From NCBI GenBank assembly GCA_017499595.2, contig CM039004.1, forward strand, positions 1,984,001 to 2,048,000: 64,000 nucleotides of DNA. Direction: 5' to 3'. The notes under the pieces were generated by a model. The model was not told the DNA's origin and searched no databases. It saw only the letters and a list, made by a program, of their open reading frames with translations. The DNA is from Psilocybe cubensis (lineage: Eukaryota). This document shows, in pieces, positions 58,151 through 64,000 of this stretch (its first letter is position 1; the number at the start of each line of letters is the position of its first letter). Both the position numbers and the translations under genes were made by a program.

Positions 58151-61100
58151 TTAATCTGTAATTATAAATCTCCACACGGACGGATACTCCGGGTTAATTT
58201 GACGGAAGACCTTATCTGCGGCCCGCCCCAGATCATTCCACATGGCAATCTGCTTTTGAGCATTTGCCCTGTGACCAACTAACCTGTCAGGAACAAAATC
58301 ATGCCGTGCACGCCATGTCTTTGCCATATACACATAAAATCTGACAGTCCATTCCATTTCCTTTTTTGTCAAGGCCAGCTCCTCTTGCCATCTATTTCTC
58401 TGAGCTCGCGCGCGGAGCCAGTTTAGCCTGAAGACTAAGAAGCCCTTGAGAAAAAAATTAGAAATACAAATAGCAGTACTCACACTCATTAACGTATAAT
58501 TGATTATCATTGTCCAGGCCCTGACGGGATCTCCAAATCCAACTTAGACGGTCCGAGCTTCCTCCGCGAATGTTCGGATCCGACACGGCATTACTATGCT
58601 TGCAATCATGGACTTGCAGAATGGGATATTGTTTCCAAATATTATCCTCATCTCGCACGCCAGCAGATAAATAGATCATCTTCTGACGGTTTGTGTTGTA
58701 GAGTCGCCGGTGCAATTTCCAGGAAGCATTCAAAAGCTTGACGCCATCCCAAGCACGAGTCCCCATATAGACGGAGTCGGCGGTCCGAACCTGATATTTA
58801 TACTGCCAAGAAAGCTAGATCAAGGCTGACCGGACCGCTTCCAGACAGTCCTCTGCGTGGCCATGTCTTATTTGAAGTTCAAGTTTGCGAAGCCCTTTTA
58901 AAATGAGGTTTGTTCCCGCGTCAAGGCCGTCAAAGAAATCTTGTTTGACGGCGGAGGGAAACGGAAGCGGCTGTCGTTCCGGATCCGCGCAGGTAATGTT
59001 GACATTTCCAAGATCAGGATCGTCGTTGTCACTGACTTCATAGTCAAGTATGGGAGCGATGTCCCCTTGAATATCCTCCAAGACATCTTCGCCCATGAAG
59101 GTCATAGCGGATCGACAGAAGGCTTCAACGCGGGTCCGCATGGAGCGACGTTTATTGACCAAGTCAAGTTTCTGCGCGGTGGAAGGATGCTTTCCGAGCT
59201 TTCTGACATGGTTCCTGAGCTCCAATCTAAAAGCATGTTAAATTCTGTAGGATGCAATTGAAATAATCGTACTGCGCTTGCTCCAGTTTTAAGCCGGATG
59301 ATATCCATGCTGCCTTTCCAGTAGCACCATTAGATGTAAGTTCCATATTTGAAAGATGCAATTCAATTTCTTGGCGTCCAGCAGCCGTTTTCACTTTGCT
59401 TGCCATTACCTTGCCAACAGCGTCGGCCACACCTTGTTCTCGGTCCGCTTCTGCTTTTGAAATTTCATCTTCCCAAGTGTTGATGAGCCCGGAATCTTGT
59501 TGATCCATGATACCCCTATAAAATCGGTCTGTGATTCCGGACTGTTCCCGTGCCCGTTTGAACTTTGCAGCAATTGTTGCAGCCATATTAATGGTCTTCT
59601 TCCAGTTGGAATCCCCCATGTGGTCGTCCAAAACCTCTGCTCGATGGGCAGTGGTAGCGGAACGTGTACTCCGGGATGTGTCATTTAACACGGACCACAA
59701 CGGCTCCAGGATTTCTCCGTCAATGATTCCCACACCCGGGACATAGGTGGATGCGTAGTTGTAAAGACATTCCGTCTTGTGCCCGTGGACGTAAAATAAA
59801 CCAATTGCAAAAATCATTTTAACAGAAGGTGGCCAATGCATTTTTGTGGACTCTGAGAGATGCCTTGCCAAGTTAACGCAATATTGACAGTTTATATTGT
59901 AGATTTCCAAATGTTTTGTGATTCCCTGTGTGTTGGTAGTTTCCCTGGCCTGAGTCAAAGACCAATCCATGTGCATCTGCTTTTCGCCTTTGTCAAAATC
60001 GACAACACTGGATGGACAGAAGCATCCGTGCCTAGCACAAGCGTGTGCCCCAATTCCACGTACTCTCTTACCCGGGCTGACTCTGTTTTCAGCTTTCTGG
60101 GCGTGGTAGTTATGACATGTTTGTTCCTGATATTTTTTACATGGAGGATAAGCCATCCGCCGTGGAAGATTTTTTTGACACGGAAGGGAAGCATCCGCCG
60201 TGGAAGATTGTGACACGGAACGTAAGCATCCGCCGTGAAAGATAAATCATGGTAGATAACGCACCCGTTTATAACGTGGAGCAAGAGAAATTGCTTCCTT
60301 GATGTGCTCCTTGTATGGGCCCGGAGCAGTCATGTATCCTTCTCCAACGCTCAACCAAACATTGTCTCCCTCGTTTTTCTGATTGAGGTGATCTGCTTTG
60401 AAATTACCATCTGCAACATAACTACGTATGTACAGATTGCTATTTGCTGTTAATTGCAGTCACCCTTGAAGAATAACTAAAACTTGCCTGTCAGCATCAT
60501 CAATCCAGGTATCAGGTAGGTTTATTCCAGGCTGTGGACAGGCGGGGCAGAATAAGGCCAACTTCCCTCTCCTATCTTCAACTTTGGGATGATCCTCGGT
60601 CCGCGTCATTTGTGGTGCAGGCGGACCATCTAATCCGCCGTGTCCCAGAGACGGGTCCGTTGACATTCCGACTTCTTGAGACGGACTATCAGATCCGCCG
60701 TCAATTGGATCAGATACATTAATACCCATCCTCTCTGGTGATGAATCATGGCAATGATGATAGTAAGGGACCACCGCTTCTCTTGTATGCCCTTCTCCGT
60801 ATTGTCGTCTCAGGACAAGGTCCCTGTATTCTCTACTAAGCCTTCTCAATTCACGATAGCGGTTCAGCACCTTTTTTGGAAACGCTGGCGAAGTCAGTCT
60901 TCGCAACTTTTGGTAATACTGATAAGCCGACGTTTTGCACTCGAGGTTGTCCATCCGAAAGTCCTCAAGGACCTCAACTGTGAACACAGTTTGAACGTTT
61001 TCAAAGCTGGCTGCAAATAATCCCATCTCCAGATACTGTAAATCGATAGACGGAAGGCGGACGGACCGGCATGTGCATGTTCGCACGGGCAGATAATGGA

Positions 61101-62071
61101 CTCCGGAGATGTGCACAATTGCCTTGAAAGGAATTCCATTGTTGTCTGCTGCCTTTGGACGAGGTTGGTCCAGATAGGTTGTATCGACTTCCTCGAATAG
61201 ATCATCATCTTCATCGTCTCCATCGTCCAGCTCAACCAAATGGGGTACCTCCGGGTCCGCCAGAAGCTGAGCCGTAAAGGATTCTTGGTCATTGCTCGCA
61301 GGAAGCGGATCCAGGTCCAATCCGTGTTCATCCTCAAAGATGGGCGAATTGTTTCCGCCGTGCCCATGACTCCCGGATGAATTGTTTCCGCCGTCGCATC
61401 CTAGATGGCTCGGATCCGTGGGATAAGGACACCGCTTCCCATTATGACCCAAATACAACTTGACACCCACTTCCCACAGAGCTCCCGGACGGAAATATAG
61501 ACCCGTCCACTTCTCAACGCGGTGGAAAGGTGTAAATTGATGGTTTCTTCGCAGGCATTCAGAACACAAAATTCTAGAGCCAAAGCATTGGCAACATCTC
61601 CACACTCCAGACATTCCTTGACATTGCTGACACCGTCCATTCAGATCCGGATCCGGGGCTTCTCCTCCAATCATTGTTCCAAGATACACCTCTCGTTTCG
61701 GGAGCCATTCTCTCAGGTAATCATTTTGAGACTGGATAGGTAAAGTCATCCTGATCATTCTACTGAAAACATGTTAAACATACCTTTCCTCCCGTTCTGT
61801 CGTCATCTAGCTGTCTCAGGTTATCAAGTACCTGCTGATCAGTTAGATCTCCCGGATAATGAGGTATTTCTTCTTCCAGAATGTTGTGTTCATGGTTTTG
61901 GAAAGAGTAAGTCGGTGTTTGAGGGAGGTTTGTTGATGATGATTCTGCAGGAAGTTTGTGGATCCTCGGCCGCCCTCTCTTTCGTTTCTTGGCCCCACTA
62001 GACCAGGAGGCCTCCCGAACATTGGGAAACTCCTCATCCGATCCCCTATCAGGTACTTTCTTGAAGCCCAT
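58151..62071 (-). pseudogene. CxC2-domain KDZ transposase, inactivated
   Basis: CxC2-type cluster (CQQC..WRCCQCFG..CSEC..H..PFHRVEKWTG..LGHNG..CP); CPACPQPGINLP, DGNFKADH, CARHG..VDFDKGE, YNINCQY, DGEILEPLWS, WLRARAQ.NRWQEE; in-frame TAG at 58815-58817. Confidence 0.88.
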
Positions 62072-62952
62072 GGATGTTGGAAACAAAGAGTCTGACAGCC
62101 TGTGAGCGCAGATCTAAATGTAGTATAACATGTTTATTTCTGTAGATAAATTTCCCTCAATTATGCCGTTGTAAAGAGGGGGAAAATAGCTTTTATATGA
62201 CCTATTTTGCAGCATATTTGAATGAGTGAGTGAAATGCTATGAACAAAACTTGATTCAGAGATGCATAAAATGGACGTGATCCCATCATAAATGTACAAT
62301 ATGATGCAGAATGACCCTTTCAGAACCACACTTTGGAGTGTTTTTGAAATATCTTTTCACTGGCTGGCCCCTCATTCCTCCGGCATATATCATATTAAAG
62401 ATAATCTCAACAGCTACACAGAATGACATTTTTTGTAGAAGATGAGTCCTCATATTTATGGAGATATTCTCAATATACTAGAAAATGTGTCAAAATGAGC
62501 TCACTGGGATCATTATATTTTTTGAAAAAAATTATGCATTTGAATACCTCTCATGGTCTCTGAGATGACTGCCGTTTTGGGTTTCACAAGTTTTGGGTGA
62601 GAAGACGTGAATTTGAATTTTGTGTTTCTGTATCTTTACAGCCATCTAACAAGAATTTAAAACCTTGTAAAATTATCTTTATATAAAGCGCTAAATGTTT
62701 ACAAAATTTCATGTTTATTGATTGAGTGCAGAGGGAACTATTGCAAAATCATGAGGTCAATGTATGTGACAGCGACCAGCATGCTTTGATCATCGTGGCC
62801 GACGATGAAGCGGGATTACCTGATTGGGAAAAATATGACATCACATCATTCATTTAGTATGATCGGAAGCTTATTTTATCTCCGTATGACGTGAGATTTG
62901 ACTAGATCACACAGATACTCATCGATAAGCTACTTGTTACATCGCTGCAATT

Positions 62953-64000
62953 ATGCCCACCAATGCATCCCCCGACGCGGATCCGCTTCCTTCCACCGCA
63001 AATGCCACAACCCACAACGGACCCAGAAGCGGACAGACGGCGGAGGGTGACTTTCCGCCGGAAGAATCAAATATATGGACCACAAAGGAAATGCGCGTGT
63101 TGAAAAAGCATGTACAGCCCTACAAAGATACATCAAAGTCATCCAAAGCAGACTACATACAGAACACTGTCATACCTGAGCTGCAAGCTACATGGGATCA
63201 CAGATACTCTAGACGTGCTAGGAAGGAAGATAAGCAACTACACAAAGAATAGAAGGTGAAGAAGCATGTGAGCTCGTTGTTTCTTTGAAAATTTTGTTAC
63301 ACACATAAACCATCACAATAGCGAATATTTAATTGGTTTAGAAACCATGCGTCAAATCGAATTGGTGTAAAATTGGAAGGATTGAACTCCCGTATAACCT
63401 TTCAGACGGTATTCCGTGAGGAGAAGTCGGCAGAGATTGACTCCGAGGTTGCGCTTCTATCAGGGAATGCTGCTCGTGGAAGTAAAGATTGGATGAAGTT
63501 TTATCAACAAGAACGTAAGCAGGTTGAGGCCAGATTGACTCAGGAGGAGCGGGACAGGTTCATGGAGATCCTTGAGGAATGGAATAAGAAAGGTGTTTCA
63601 AAATCAATGAAGGCAAAGTGAGTCGGTGGAACTTGTTTCCGCCGTCAATCTGACATCTGCAGGACTGCTGCCAGGCAAGGCAGAAAAATACTTCGACAAA
63701 TGGAGAAACTTAAGTGGCAGAGAATGGGTATGAGGTCCATTACCTTTGAGGGGCATTATGATATTGAGGGTAAAATTGAATACTCAATGTAAGTGTTAAA
63801 CACGGCATGAACAAGTTCCGCCGTGAATGCTTACGGCGGAAACTTTATCCGCCGTAGGGTGTTTACGGCGGATAAAGTTTCCGCCGTAAGCATTCACGGC
63901 GGAATAATTTGGCCCGTATTAATGTTGACTGATGGGCATTGAAGGACCCAGACAAGCAATCTAGCACTCGACGATGTCAGAATTCCTTCCTTTGGGCAAC
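62953..64000 (+). pseudogene. Transposon-borne helical/HMG-like DNA-binding protein (3'-truncated, premature stop)
   Basis: Spliced exons with WTTKE, WFRNH and WMKFYQQ..LTQEERDRF..EEWN; TAG at 63250-63252 (probably former TGG) within the exon. The HMG call is tentative. Confidence 0.5.
63816..63904. repeat. Perfect inverted repeat, 41-bp arms and 7-nt loop, intronic
   Basis: TTCCGCCGTGAATGCTTACGGCGGAAACTTTATCCGCCGTA-GGGTGTT-exact reverse complement. Confidence 0.95.

Larger units (their letters stand above)
54532..64000. mobile_element. KDZ-superfamily transposon with TET/JBP cargo (extends beyond the window)
   Basis: Sharp junction at CACATAAGAC, subterminal palindromes, TET/JBP gene, CxC2-KDZ transposase and two further genes. 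Confidence 0.8.

Noticed and set aside
59227-60216. N-terminal part of the 329-aa ORF (MSQSSTADAS...)
   Set aside because: It is read-through of the repeat-containing intron; the real exon begins at about EQTCHNY.
60150-60245. Regularly spaced repeats resembling a mini CRISPR array
   Set aside because: Eukaryotic intron, the spacers are themselves similar to each other, and there are no cas genes.

Overview
Eukaryotic, intron-rich fungal DNA; the gene content and intron style suggest a basidiomycete/Agaricomycete (inference). About 1-43.4 kb is gene-dense. It starts with the 3' end of a young-looking Ty3/Gypsy retrotransposon inserted into an exon of the glycogen debranching enzyme gene. Then follow PAT1, a GT2-like gene, a mitoferrin-type carrier, a large ZNFX1-like helicase fused to three CbbX-type AAA+ domains, a purine phosphoribosyltransferase, RPC4, TAF10, SGF73, a pseudokinase, a p24 protein, ETR1, an ATP-dependent DNA ligase, a YANK-type kinase, GUK1 and a YCF1-type ABCC transporter. 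About 43.5-64 kb is a nested transposon block: a decayed TIR element, a degenerate Tad1-like LINE carrying a solo-LTR-like insertion, and a large KDZ (Kyakuja-Dileera-Zisupton) transposon. The KDZ element carries an apparently intact TET/JBP dioxygenase gene, a dead CxC2-KDZ transposase, an uncharacterised cargo gene, an HMG-like pseudogene and a dispersed TCCGCCGT motif that culminates in a perfect nested palindrome. Gene boundaries were read by eye from splice signals and are approximate; family calls come from motif recognition, not database searches.
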